Assembly: GCA_951406725.2 (NCBI GenBank) | Contig: OX597819.1 | Location: 5,270,001-5,334,000 of the forward strand | Direction of reading: 5' to 3' | DNA length: 64,000 nucleotides | Source of the DNA: Octopus vulgaris | Taxonomy: Eukaryota | In this document: positions 38,917-50,909 of the stretch, one piece after another | Layout: each line of letters opens with the position of its first letter | How positions within the stretch are numbered: the stretch's first letter is position 1 | The notes under the pieces: generated by a model | What the model was told of the DNA's origin: nothing | The model's input: the letters and a program-made list of their open reading frames with translations, nothing else | Databases searched by the model: none | Program-made: the position numbers and the translations under genes

Positions 38917-39300
38917 GTGGAGGCGCAATGGCCCAGTGGTTAGGGCAGCGGACTCGCGGTCATAGGATCGCGGTTTGGATTCCCAGACCGGGCGTTGTGA
39001 GTGTTTATTGAGTGAAAACACCTAAAAGCTCCACGAGGCTCCAGCAGGGGATGGTGGTGATCCCTGCTGTACTCTTTCACCACAACTTTCTCTCACTCTT
39101 ACTTCCTGTTTCTGTTGTACCTGTATTTCAAAGGGCCGGCCTTGTCACTCTCTGTGTCACGCTGAATATCCCCGAGAACTACGTTAAGGGTACACGTGTC
39201 TGTGGAGTGCTCAGCCACTTACATGTTAATTTCACGAGCAGGCTGTTCCGTTGATCGGATCAACCGGAACCCTCGTCGTCGTAACCGACGGAGTGCTTCC
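38917..39300 (+). mobile_element. SINE family A with 15-bp TSD
   Basis: ATACATATGATGACA at 38902-38916 and 39301-39315. Confidence 0.95.
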
Positions 39301-40004
39301 ATACATATGATGACAATTGCTTCATCTTGTCAGATAACAGGTGTCCCACATTCAGCCTGATTCCTCTGATTTACTTCTGTCTTTGCATGAGCATGGATAT
39401 GACTTTACATGTTGCTATGCATCTATCATCATAGAACTTTATAAAATATAAAATGCATCAAGAATGGAAAGGACAGTAAGACATCTGTACATCATTGGAT
39501 TTAAATGGCCAAAGCTTGTATAGCTCTTTTGCCACTTTCTTGGTTACCATAGCAGGTTCCAGGTTTCTTGGTTGCCATACTATGTTGCCATAATAGGTTG
39601 CAAGATGCCTGGTACTATTTTGACCACAAGTTTTATGCCAGAGTAGCTTTCCCCTAAAAGTGCTGTCTTCCCCACAGCTTTGTCAAAAATAACAGGAGTG
39701 AACCTGTGAGTAATGGTAGTTAAGGGGTGACTCCATACAAACCACAAACTTGTGGGGGAAGTGATGTCTTCCCCACAGCTTTTGGCCATTTAAATCCACG
39801 AAACTGGAATCTCATCACTGGATGCAGTGGAATGTCAAGCCCAGGACAATCTATTTAACTCATAAATGGGACCCTGATAGGTACTACCATTCTGGGTCAG
39901 AACATACCTAGGAGTAGCTGGTAATTAAGGAGTGACTACATGCTCCCCACAACTCTAGAACTGGAATCTCACCACCAGGTGTATGTAATCATGTATGTAT
40001 GTAA

Positions 40005-40440
40005 GCATATAAGATGCATACATACATACATACATATATGCATCCATGCATACATATATACATATATTCATGCATACATGCATATATACATACATACATA
40101 CATGTATACATACATACATACATATATGCATGCATGCATGCATACATATATACATATATTCATGCATACATGCATACATATATACATATATTCATGCATA
40201 CATGCATATATATATATATATACATGCATACATGCATACATACATGCATACATGCATGCATGCGTGTGTGCATGCATGCATGTGTGCGTGCGTGCATGCA
40301 TACATACATACATACATATATGCATGCATGCATACATACATACATGCATACATACATACATACATACATACATACATACATACATACATACATACATACA
40401 TAAATACATACATACATACATACACACATACATACATATA
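40005..40440. repeat. Compound (ATAC/ATGC)n microsatellite
   Basis: Direct reading. Confidence 0.95.
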
Positions 40441-40693
40441 GTAGGGATGTGTACAAATGTGTTGTCTCCACATGTCTTTGATTTGACATTTAAGTGGCAG
40501 TGCACTTGTTTACATTTGTAAGCAATAAGTCATGTTGCTCGTTAGATATATTGGTTTCATATAAAGACCAGTCAAATGAAAATAATTTATTTGAAAATCA
40601 AGGTTTGACAATAGGAATGGTATACAGCTTCAATAAGTTTTATCCATCCCATATGAAAAAGTGGAAGAAGTCAGTATAAAAATGATGACGACA

Positions 40694-40739
<46 letters not shown>

Positions 40740-40983
40740 CAACGATGCCGACAATGATGATGATGAGGATGATTTTACAATTATGTAATTTAATTGATTG
40801 GATTGGATTGCAAAATGCCTTGCCTCCAGGATATAGAATTAACTTAAGAATGGCAGCTGAAAATGATCAGCACAAAGTGATAGTTTCAAGCAATTTGGTT
40901 AAGTGAATTAACTCTGTGAGGGAAATCAAAGAGGATAGTTTAAAAATAGTCATTTAAAGGAGCCAGCTTAAGACAATCACAAC

Positions 40984-41031
<48 letters not shown>

Positions 41032-41434
41032 GAAACCCCACTCAAATGATGAATGAAAGGGATCAACTTAAAGTGAAAAAATAAATGATTTGATCAGTTA
41101 AAGGAAGTCTTCTCATCTCATCTAAACAATCCATGTCATGTTGATCTCTGCATATTTTATTACTGGACAGTTTTCTCATTCATTGTCAAGTAAGGTATAT
41201 TTTGTGATGTTCCTTAGGGCTCTGTGTATTTTGAATTCAAATCTTACCTAGATCTCAATATTACCGTTCATCTTTTCAAGATTGTTAAATAAAGTATCAG
41301 TCCAGTACAGGGGCTGAAACTTCTCTCTTTCTGTCTTGGCTTCAATTACTGGCTTACTCTTCAAAAGAAATTAGTTGCTTTCAAACCTATAGAAGTATGG
41401 AATCTGCAAGATTTAAAATTCCTAATGGATGTAT

Positions 41435-41802
41435 GGAAGCACTCCGTTGGTTACAACAACGAGGGTTCCGGTTGATCCGATCAACGGAACAGCCTGCTCG
41501 TGAAATTAACGTGTAAGTGGCTGAGCGCTCCACAGACATGTGCACCCTTAACGTAGTTCTCGGGGATATTCAGCATGACACAGAGAGTGACAAGGCCGGC
41601 CTTTTGAAATACAGGAAGTAAGAGTGAGAGAAAGTTGTGGTGAAAGAGTACAGCAGGGATCACCACCATCCCTGCCGGAGCCTCGTGGAGCTTTTAGGTG
41701 TTTTCGCTCAATAAACACTCACAACGCCCGGTCTGGGAATCGAAACCGCGATCCTACGACCGCGAGTCCACTGCCCTAACCACTGGGCTATTGCACCTCC
41801 AC
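41435..41802 (-). mobile_element. SINE family A with a small internal deletion
   Basis: Matches the other family-A copies. Confidence 0.9.
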
Positions 41803-42187
41803 AAAATTTCTAATACATGCTGTATGTTACAGTTGCACTTTTATGACTTAATTCCAAGTTAAAGGTCCAACTACCTTCCATAAAAATAGGTTACTCTCAC
41901 GATGATATGGTTATAGTTTTTATTTTATATTCATCCCAGTTTTTAACCATTGATGTTAAAACCTCTCATCTAAAATCACCATTATATTTATCTTGTACTT
42001 AGAGGTGCAGGTATGGCTGTGTGGTCAAAAAGCTCACTTTGAAACTACATAATTTCAGGTTCAGTCCCACTGTGTGGCACCTTGGGGGCAAGTGTCTTCT
42101 ACTTTAGTCCTGGGCCAACCAATGCCTTGTGAGTTAATTTGGTAGATAGAAACTATGTGGAAGTCCATAGTGTATATATATATATAT

Positions 42188-42282
<95 letters not shown>

Positions 42283-42285
<3 letters not shown>

Positions 42286-42634
42286 TAGGTGAATGAATTA
42301 TCCTATGTTTATCGTCAGCATGGAAAATTCGTTTAACCGAAACCTGGGTAGCAAATTCACGTCAAAAAACACGGTTGAAGCGACCTGTCAAGGGTAGAAA
42401 CTCCGGGTTCATGTGTAGAAATTTGTATGTTGTATATGAATAAATGAAAGAATGGAGTCGAACGAAGATGTTAACAAAATTCCTTTACTCTCGACTCGTT
42501 TCGAAGACAGCATGTTTTCATTCGAAGGGTGCATTATGCAATCTTCTCATCAGGAAAGAAAGGGACCCTCTCTCGACAACAAGACAAACAAAAATTTCGA
42601 TGATTGCCTACATGGTAAACAAAGCGATAATGAG

Positions 42635-42638
<4 letters not shown>
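42283..42638 (-). mobile_element. CpG-rich hammerhead-carrying element (about 355 bp) between (TA)n tracts
   Basis: (TA)n at 42172-42282 and 42639-42689; no convincing ORF; contains an intact hammerhead. Confidence 0.6.
42488..42558 (-). ncRNA. Minimal type-I hammerhead ribozyme, canonical core
   Basis: CTTTC CTGATGA GAAGATTGCAT...ATGCTGTCTTC GAA AC GA GT C GAGAG: helix I of 5 bp, helix II with 10 of 11 pairs, GUC cleavage triplet. Confidence 0.85.
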
Positions 42639-42691
<53 letters not shown>

Positions 42692-42712
42692 TATATACAT
42701 ATATATACATAA

Positions 42713-43053
42713 AAAAGGACCCCCTTTGGCCATGAATGACCATGGGAGTGCACCTAGAAAATTACCCTCCGAGGCACAAGTCTGGGCAAGGTTGTTTATG
42801 GAAGACCAGAAGTCACCCATGTATACCAGCTTCTCCTCTCCATGCCACCAATGTTATCCAGGGGAAAGGCAAAGGGGCCGATACAGCTTGGCACCAGTGA
42901 TGTTGTAACTCATTTCTACAGCTGAGTGAACTGGAGTAATGTGAAATAAAGTGTCTTGCTCAAGAATATATCACACAGCCCAGTCTGGGAATCGAACACA
43001 CTACCACATTATTGTGAGCCCAATGCTCTAACCACTGAGCAATGCTCCTTCAC
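42713..43053 (-). mobile_element. tRNA-headed CORE-like SINE, family D
   Basis: Minus strand: GCTCAGTGGTTAGAGC A box, GTTCGATTCC B box, CTTGAGCAAGACACTT centre. Confidence 0.75.
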
Positions 43054-43075
43054 ATATATACCTACATGCATTCAT

Positions 43076-43109
<34 letters not shown>

Positions 43110-43526
43110 ATATGCATGTGTGCATGTGTGTGTATGTCTTCCATATCCACCACTTGACCATCGGTGTTGGTCAATTTATACCCCACATCCCCAGCAGCTC
43201 AGTGGTTCTTGGCAAAAGAAACCAGTAGAATGATGGACAGACTTATGAAGACAAATAAGTACTGGGGGTCAGTTTGTTTGACCAGATCCTTCAAGACTGT
43301 GCCCCACTATGGCTGCAGTCTAATGACTGAAATAAGTAAAAGACAAAATATATGTTATCTATATATGCGCAGGAGTGGCTGTGTGGTAAGAAGCTTGCTT
43401 CCCAACCACATGGTTCTGGATTCAGTCCCGCTGTGTGACACCCTGAGTGAGTGTCTTCTATTATAGCCTCAAGCCAACCAAAACCTTGTGAGTGGATTTG
43501 GTAGGCAGAAACTATTGTTGTATGTA

Positions 43527-43824
43527 TTTTTATATATAAAAGTCAAGTTGTGTGTCTGTCTCCTACGATTTAGATTCCTAACTACTCCCACATTTTGCGG
43601 TGCAGAAAAACCAAAACCGGGTATCTTATAATCATGATTCATATCGAGCCCTTCTGGGTATTAGCACGTGTCTACGATGAGTCTACGATTAAAAAAAAAA
43701 TTTACCATAATTTTTTCCCATTTTTAATGCATTTTTTGCTATTATATAAGGGAAGCAACTCTCTAAAAATTCTTATATAGTTATTTCCCTTACAAACCCG
43801 AGCAACGCCGGGCGATACTGCTAG
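43527..43824 (+). mobile_element. Helitron family 1, single internal unit
   Basis: Ends CCCGAGCAACGCCGGGCGATACTGCTAG|T. Confidence 0.85.
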
Positions 43825-43866
43825 TATGTATATATATCTATGTGTGTGTGTGTGTGTCTATGTTTG

Positions 43867-46800
43867 TGTTGCAGGGAATTAGTAATAATAGTACACCCCT
43901 CCCACATTATAGATGGAATAACCTAGTCACTAGAAGAAAAGAAAAGGATGTGAAGTATCCGAATACATAGTAGGCAGTCAGAGTTAGTCGTGTCTTTACT
44001 GGTTTTACTAAGTGTACTGTATACTGAAGTGGGTGTTATAACAATCCAACACTTTTAAGGATCATAACAGTTTGTCCCCTCATCACCACTTGACAACAGG
44101 TGTTTCCCGTGTGTTTACGTACAACAGTGGTGACAAGTATTTAAACCATTCATGAGGATTTTAACAACTCATGAGTAGTTAACAAACTCACAAAGTTTTT
44201 GTTGTGCAGATTTTATGAAAGAAAATTGTGAAATTATGCAAAATTTGTCGGCTGGTTTGTTCGAGTTGCAAAAACAGCAACTGAAAGAACAACAACAGCA
44301 AAGGCTACAAGTGCAAGAACAACAGCTGAAGTAACAACAACAACAAATAATATTACAGCAACAAAGGCTGCAATTACTGAAGTTGTCAGAAAAAGTGTTC
44401 TCGAGAGACCATGTCGTGAACTTCATAACAGAGTTCAAATATTAACCTGACGAAGCAGTTACCTTCGAAGCATACTATGGAAGATATGAGCAAATCTTCG
44501 ATAAAGAATGTAAGAATTGGGATGATGAGATGAAAACGCACTCAATCTTGAAAAAACTGGCGGCAACAGAACCTGAACGATGCAGTAATTATGTACTCCA
44601 GAGAAAACCATCGAACATAAACTTTAATGACACAATATATATATTTTGCAAAATTTTCAGTGTAAAAAGCTCATTGTTCAACATATGTTGAAAGTGTCTG
44701 AACTTAGGGAAAAACAACGACGAGGACTACATCAAATATCCTGGTAGAGTAAACAGGGAATGCGAGAAGCTTAAGCAGGACGAGTTAACGCCAGCTATGT
44801 TCAAATGCCTGATTTTTACACTGGGACTTACGGCCGAAAAAGACGCAGAAGTTAGAACTAGAATTCTCGCAAAACTGGAACAAAACCAGGATGTAACTTT
44901 ACAAGCAAGTGTCAGAAGAATGTGAAAGGATAGTCAAATTAAGACACAACACAGAGGAAAATTGACAGAAAGATTGTTTCCAAGTGAGATTGTTTCCAAG
45001 TGAGAAATAGTCAGAATAGAGATAAAGTGTTTTCTAAAAAACACGACAAAAATCAGGAAATAAGCCCATGTTTTATATGTGGAGAAATACACCAGAGGAA
45101 AATTGTCCTTTGCGGAAATATAGGACATATAAAGATGCATTGTAGAACGAAGATGACAAAACGTCAGAACAAAGGAAAAAGAATAAATAGTATGTCATTG
45201 GAAGAAATTGGTAATATAATGATGAGGAAATTCATGAAGGTGAAAATCAGAAATACAGGTGTTAATATGAAATTAATAGACACCATTATAATCGAAAACA
45301 CTTGGAAATATGTGGGTAAGCTGAAATTGATTAAATCAAAAACGGTAGCACAAGGTGTTGGGGGAAAAAGGTATTTGTTTCAGTGAATTTGTATGTGATG
45401 TAACATTTTGAGGTCAAATGAAAAAGGCAAAGATACATGTGTTAAAAAGTTCACTTGATTTATTCGGCACAGAGAACTATTCAAAGTATGGAATACGCCC
45501 ATAAGTGTTTTGTGTGAGAATATAGTCAGTTCAGTCGAAGGTTCAAATGCAGCAGCTGGGTGGCTGAAACAAAAAGTTGCAGCAAAACAAAGTGGAACAA
45601 CTGTATGTGAGCCAAAACGAAATGAAAAATTACCCACGATAAAAAGTAAACATTATTCAAAAATAGATGTTCCATGGTCGAGAATACACATTGATGTTGC
45701 TGGTCCCTTAAATGGTTATTGCTACTTAGTGATAGTCGATAGTTTGTTGAAATAGCCTGAAATTTCTAAGTGTAAAAAACCAACCACTTTAAGTGTGATA
45801 AATTTTTTACATGAATTGTTTGCAAGATTTGGCATCACAGACAAGATGGTGTCTGATAATGGAATGCAATTTGTGTCTAGTGAATTTTAAAAATTTTGTG
45901 AAACAAAGTCCGCCTGCATAGCTCAGTCGGTAGAGCATCAGACATTTAATCTGAGGGTCGCGGGTTCGTGTCCCTCTGTGGGCGTACATTTATTTTGTCC
46001 AACCCATGCTAGCATGGAAAGCGGATGCTAAACGATGATGATGATGATGGTTGCAGTAGAACATATAACTATGGCACCATACCGTCCCAGATCTAATGGA
46101 CAGGTAGAATGCTTTTTCAATACTTTCAAAAGAGCCCTAAGAAAAATGAACAAGGAAGTCACGGATGAGGTAGCTCTACAACAAATTCAAATACACCTGT
46201 AGGTAGCTGAGGTTTGCAAGGAAAGTAAAATCATTCTTTGATAAATTGCTGCCTGGCAAGAAAAGAAAAAGTGCTAGGGAAGACATAGCAGATTCTTTAA
46301 AGTTGGTGAAAAGGAATTTATGAGGGCATACAAGAATGGAAAGCAGAGTTGGGAAGATGGCATAATTACCAAATGCATAGGTAAAATTATATATTGGGTA
46401 AAAAGTAGAAAAAGCATACAAAAGAGACACAGGTACCAACTGAAAAAGAGATTTGTGGAAAGCGAACCAAAGAAGTTGGAGGAACTGATGGAATAGTTGT
46501 ACAATACATTCCAAGTACCAATGCCACTGCAGGTGAATGAACCCAGGTGTACAAGTGAGAGGAAAATAAAAAATTCAGAGTTCTTGAAAATAGATGCCAA
46601 ATGCAAAAAAATATTAAATTGTATGAAAAAAACTCAAAAAAGGGATGAATAAAAAAATTATTGCTAAATAAAATGACACTTCCCCAGAAAAACTTAAAAA
46701 TGGAGATGTTGTAGGGAAATGGTAGACCCTTTCCAAGTGATGAATGGAATAGCCTAGTCACTATAAGTAAAGAGAAGTACACGAAGTACCAAAGTATGTA

Positions 46801-46900
46801 GTAGACAGTCAGAAATAGTCATGTCTGTACTGGTTTTACTAAGTATGCAGTATACTGGAGTGGGTGTTATAACAATCCAACACTTTTAAGGATCATAACA
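43867..46900 (+). mobile_element. Gypsy LTR retrotransposon, decayed, RT/RNase H region missing
   Basis: LTRs 43867-44069 and 46707-46900 (TGTTG...TAACA); 5-bp TSD GTTTG; PBS-like TGGTGAC at about 44128; gag-like FEAYYGRYE...FKCLIF, zinc knuckle CFICGEIH; integrase PWSRIHIDVAGP...IVDS, SDNG, PRSNGQVE. Confidence 0.9.
45912..45984 (+). pseudogene. tRNA-Lys(UUU) retrocopy
   Basis: 73-nt cloverleaf: acceptor GCCTGCA/TGTGGGC, D arm GCTC/GAGC, anticodon arm TCAGA-CATTTAA-TCTGA; lesions U33A, A58T and one T-stem mismatch; no CCA. Confidence 0.85.
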
Positions 46901-48059
46901 GTTTGTCCCCCACACTATCACCGCTTGACAACCAGTGTTGGTGTGTTTATGTCCATGTAAGTTAGCGATTCAGCAAAAGTGGCTGATAGAATAAGTACCA
47001 GTCTTAAAAAATAAATACCGGGGATGATTCATTCGACTAAAAATTCAATGTGGTGCCCCAGCATGGTCACAGTCTAATGACTGAAACAGATAAAAAAAAA
47101 GGATAAAAGGCAAAGATACCTAACAACTGTCCTTCCGATGGCTACTGGGTGACTGACACAGTTTAAGATCTCTTTTATCAGAATTACTTTTCTGTACAAG
47201 AGTTTTGCTGTGTAAATCAATCTAATTATGGGTCAGTCATTTCAACTAATGTGGTTATAGCTTTAACTATTATAAGCTAGGTTACATGAACATAGTGCAG
47301 CACAATGTAAGCATAATCTCTATTACATAGAGTTATATCCTAGGTGGCACAGAAACTTATAAGATTTGTAACATGATGATGAAGGACCGAGATATCTGGT
47401 ACCTTGCTGTACTCAAGAAAATCCACCCACCACAGCTGAATTGATATCTCAGATCCACCTTGGTAATGCAAGTTGATGAGGGGCTCTGCTCTATCAACTG
47501 TCTCTCCCACCAACATTTCATCACCTGACACCCATCACTTACTCTGTCATCTGAGAGCAGAATAAGCACATACTACGTCCCCTAGATTTCTCAGTTACTT
47601 TTACTCCCCACCAATCACCTTGTTTCTGCACCTTTTCTTCCCCCCTTGTGCTCTTCTCCATCATTAACTCCTCTTAACTGCTATCACCCTCAATGCCCTC
47701 ACAAATCTTATTGTAACCCTCACCCCACCAAGCCTCTCCTATATTTCACTTCATCATTTGCTACAGTCACCTCTGTCCTGCCCACTCACTGAATTCATAC
47801 TCTGTATCACCTCATCTATTCTCATCCCCCCACCCAATGTCTCCCAAGGAATATCCTGGTACATCTCCATCATCACCCTCACTATCACTCTCTTTACCCT
47901 ACTCTCCAACTCACTTTTATTTTCCAACTGGGGTATCCATGTTCTACTCTACAGCAAGACACCTCTATCTGTCTCCTCTATACCTTAAATTTCTCAACTG
48001 GTACAAAACCACACCCCACTCAATTTTCCCCTCTCCTCCCAGTTGAGGGTTTTTGTCTT

Positions 48060-48322
48060 GCTGGATATTTGGTGACTCTGTCAGTGCTGGTGCCATGTAA
48101 AAAGCACTGGTGCTAGTTCCACATAAAAAAAACCCTGGTGATGGTACTATTTATAAAAGCACTGGTGTCACATAAAAAGCACCCAGTACATTCTGTAAAG
48201 TGGTTGGCATTCTGTAAAGGAAGGGCATCTGGTTGTAAAAACCATGCCAAAACAGACAATGGAACTTGATGTGGCTCCTGGTTCCAACCCATGCTAGCAT
48301 GGAAAATGGATATTAAATGATG
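48060..48322 (+). mobile_element. Degenerate RTE 3' UTR copy
   Basis: TAAAAAGCAC units and CCAACCCATGCTAGCATGGAAAATGGATATTAAATGATG. Confidence 0.7.
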
Positions 48323-48597
48323 TAATCACACATGCTCACCCAGGAATTCTAATGCCACAGACATCATCAGAATCTGCAGACATAAAGGTCAGTGAAGAGA
48401 ATATACCATATAGGTAGAGGCATGTTTGTTTGACTAAAACCCTTCATGGCAGTGCTCCAGCATGGCTGCAATCAAATGACTGAAACAAATAAAAGAATAT
48501 CTATAATATCACTCTGCATTGATATGATTCATCACTGTATGTAAGTGTATGTACAGTGTTGCTCTCAGCTAGTAAGAGGTATGATATATCTGGAACA

Positions 48598-48988
48598 GTG
48601 GAGGCGCAATGGCCCAGTGGCTAGGGCAGCGGACTTGCGGTCATAGGATCGCGATTTCGATTCCCAGACCGGGCGTTGTGAGTGTTTATTGAGCGAAAAC
48701 ACCTAAAGCACCACGGGGCTCCGGCAGGGGATGGTGGTGATCCCTGCTGTACTCTTTCGCCACAACTTTCTCTCACTCTCACTCTTACTTCCTGTTTCTG
48801 TTGTACCTGTATTTCAAAGGGGCCGGCCTTGTCACTCTCTGTGTCACGCTGAATATCCCCGAGAACTACGTTAAGGGTACACATGTCTGTGGAGTGCTCA
48901 GCCACTTACACGTTAATTTCACGAGCAGGCTGTTCCGTTGATTCGGATCAACCGGAACCCTCGTCGTCGTAACCGACGGAGTGCTTCC
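48598..48988 (+). mobile_element. SINE family A with 12-bp TSD
   Basis: ATATCTGGAACA on both sides. Confidence 0.95.
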
Positions 48989-49352
48989 ATATCTGGAACA
49001 AAAGATCTGTGGGGCTAACTCCCCCAGATGTCATATGTCTATTCACTCAGAGTTAGCCTAAGCCACACAGCAAGCTGAAAAATATATTTATCTTCTTGAA
49101 GCTCTGAGGAAAGTGAGATTTAGGAGAAATATGCTGAAGAGCTTTAACTAATGTATAAAAGAATTCAGGCATTTGAGAATAAGTGCTTCCCAAGCACAAA
49201 GCAAAAGGCAAGCAGCAAGTTACCAAATATGCTGACAAGCAAGGATCAATATTTTACTACAGTGAAATGCTAAAAGCTCTCTTGGTACATGCATGCATCG
49301 GGCATGACATCCAGCTCAAAGCCATTCTCCAAGACATGGTAAATGGAAGATG

Positions 49353-49387
<35 letters not shown>

Positions 49388-49652
49388 AGAGACAGAGTGA
49401 GAGAGTGAGTGAGAGAGAGAGAGAGCGAGAGAGAGAGAGAGCGAGAGAGAGAGAGAGCAATAGCGAGAGAGTGAGAGAGAGAGAGAGACAGCGAGAGAGA
49501 GAGAGAGCGAGAGAGTGAGTGAGTGAGAGAGTGAGAGAGAGAGTGAGTGAGAGAGAGAGAGACAGCAAGAGAGAGAGAGAGAGACAGCAAGAGAGAGAGA
49601 GAGAGAGTGAGAGAGAGTGAAAGAGACAGAGAGAGAGTGAGAGCGAGAGAGT

Positions 49653-49710
<58 letters not shown>
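49353..49710. repeat. Imperfect (GA)n microsatellite
   Basis: Direct reading. Confidence 0.95.
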
Positions 49711-49715
<5 letters not shown>

Positions 49716-50214
49716 TACCCTTATTTGTTAGATTCAAGGAATGAACCGGTCCCAACTTTGCGATCGTTCTGCATGTGACGGAGGATAGGAACAAGTGGTG
49801 ACTGCTGACTGTCAGAGCATCTGGTATGACACCTTGATGATTGGCTGCACCAATCAAGAGAAAGTGATAGTGATATGACAGGGTTAATTGTTACAATTTC
49901 TCATTAGCTGATTATTTTGGTAATATAATATTTCAAAAACATAATATCATAAGAAAGATATGCTCAGTGCTCAGAAAATATTTGGAACCATTCAAAATGA
50001 ACAGTGCCAACTATTACAGTTTCTCATTAGCTGATGTCTTAGTAATATAACATTTCAAAAACATATTAGAAAGTTATGCTCAGTGTTAGAAAATAGTTTG
50101 GTATTATTTATTTTCACTTATAAAGCTCCAATATTTTATGTGTCACTGTTGTTTACTAGCTATCCTGTTGCTTGGCTGGGAACAATATTTCGGATAGAAG
50201 GGTTTTAAATAAAA

Positions 50215-50614
50215 CTAGCAGTATCACCCGGCGTTGCTCGGGTTTGTAGGGGGAAATAACTATATAAGCATTTTTAGAGAGTTATAGTCAAAAAGTAGCA
50301 AAAAAATGCATTAAAAATGGAAAAAAATGATGGTAATTTTTTTTAAAAATCGTTGACTCATCGTAGACATTTTTAGAGAGTTACTTCCCTTATATAATAG
50401 TGAAAAAATGCATTAAAATGGAAAAAAACGATGGTAAATTTTTTTTAAATCGTAGACTCATCGTAGAGGCGCGCTAATACCCAGAAGGGCTCGATATGAA
50501 TCACGACTATAAGATACCCGGTTTTGGTTAAACTGCACCGCAAAATGTGGGAGTAGTTAGGAATCTAAATCGTAGGAGACAGATAGCACACAACTTCACT
50601 TTTATATATAAAGA
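50215..50614 (-). mobile_element. Helitron family 1
   Basis: TC...CTAG termini, AT target, hairpin. Confidence 0.85.
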
Positions 50615-50909
50615 TATTAAAAAAACCCCCAGCTGGTTTAGTAGTAGCCTTTACTGTTGAACTCGGGAGATTCTGAGAAATAATCAACAAGGATGTGGAT
50701 GAAAAATCAACTATCTTAGTCTTGCACTATATTCTGTACTTTTTCCTTCTTTACTGATGTTATGTTATCAGTATTTAACCTCTAAGCTCCAACAAGCCAA
50801 TTTTGATGTATTATGTATGTTACAGCATATTATGATGAACATCTTCTATTCTGTGACTCAATGAGTGAACTTTAATGCAAGATGCTCTGTATGCTTTTAT
50901 AACCAACAA

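Larger units (their letters stand above)
43367..47110 (+). mobile_element. SINE family B split by a Helitron and a Gypsy element
   Basis: Head 43367-43526, microsatellite 43825-43866, remainder 46901-47110. Confidence 0.8.

Noticed and set aside
39012-39254. Recurrent MVVIPAVLFHHNF ORF as a gene family
   Set aside because: An incidental frame inside SINE family A copies.
39800-39985. HDV-like fold in a repeat with direct CTGGAATCTCA ends
   Set aside because: P1-like and P4-like pairing is possible, but L3/P1.1 and the catalytic C are absent in this copy; a family consensus would be needed.
39940-40521. His/Ile/Tyr-rich ORFs, and similar ones at 13.2-13.7 kb and 49.3-49.8 kb
   Set aside because: Translations of microsatellites.
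45912-45984. Functional tRNA-Lys gene
   Set aside because: U33 and A58 are mutated, the T stem has a mismatch, and it sits in a retroposed insertion.
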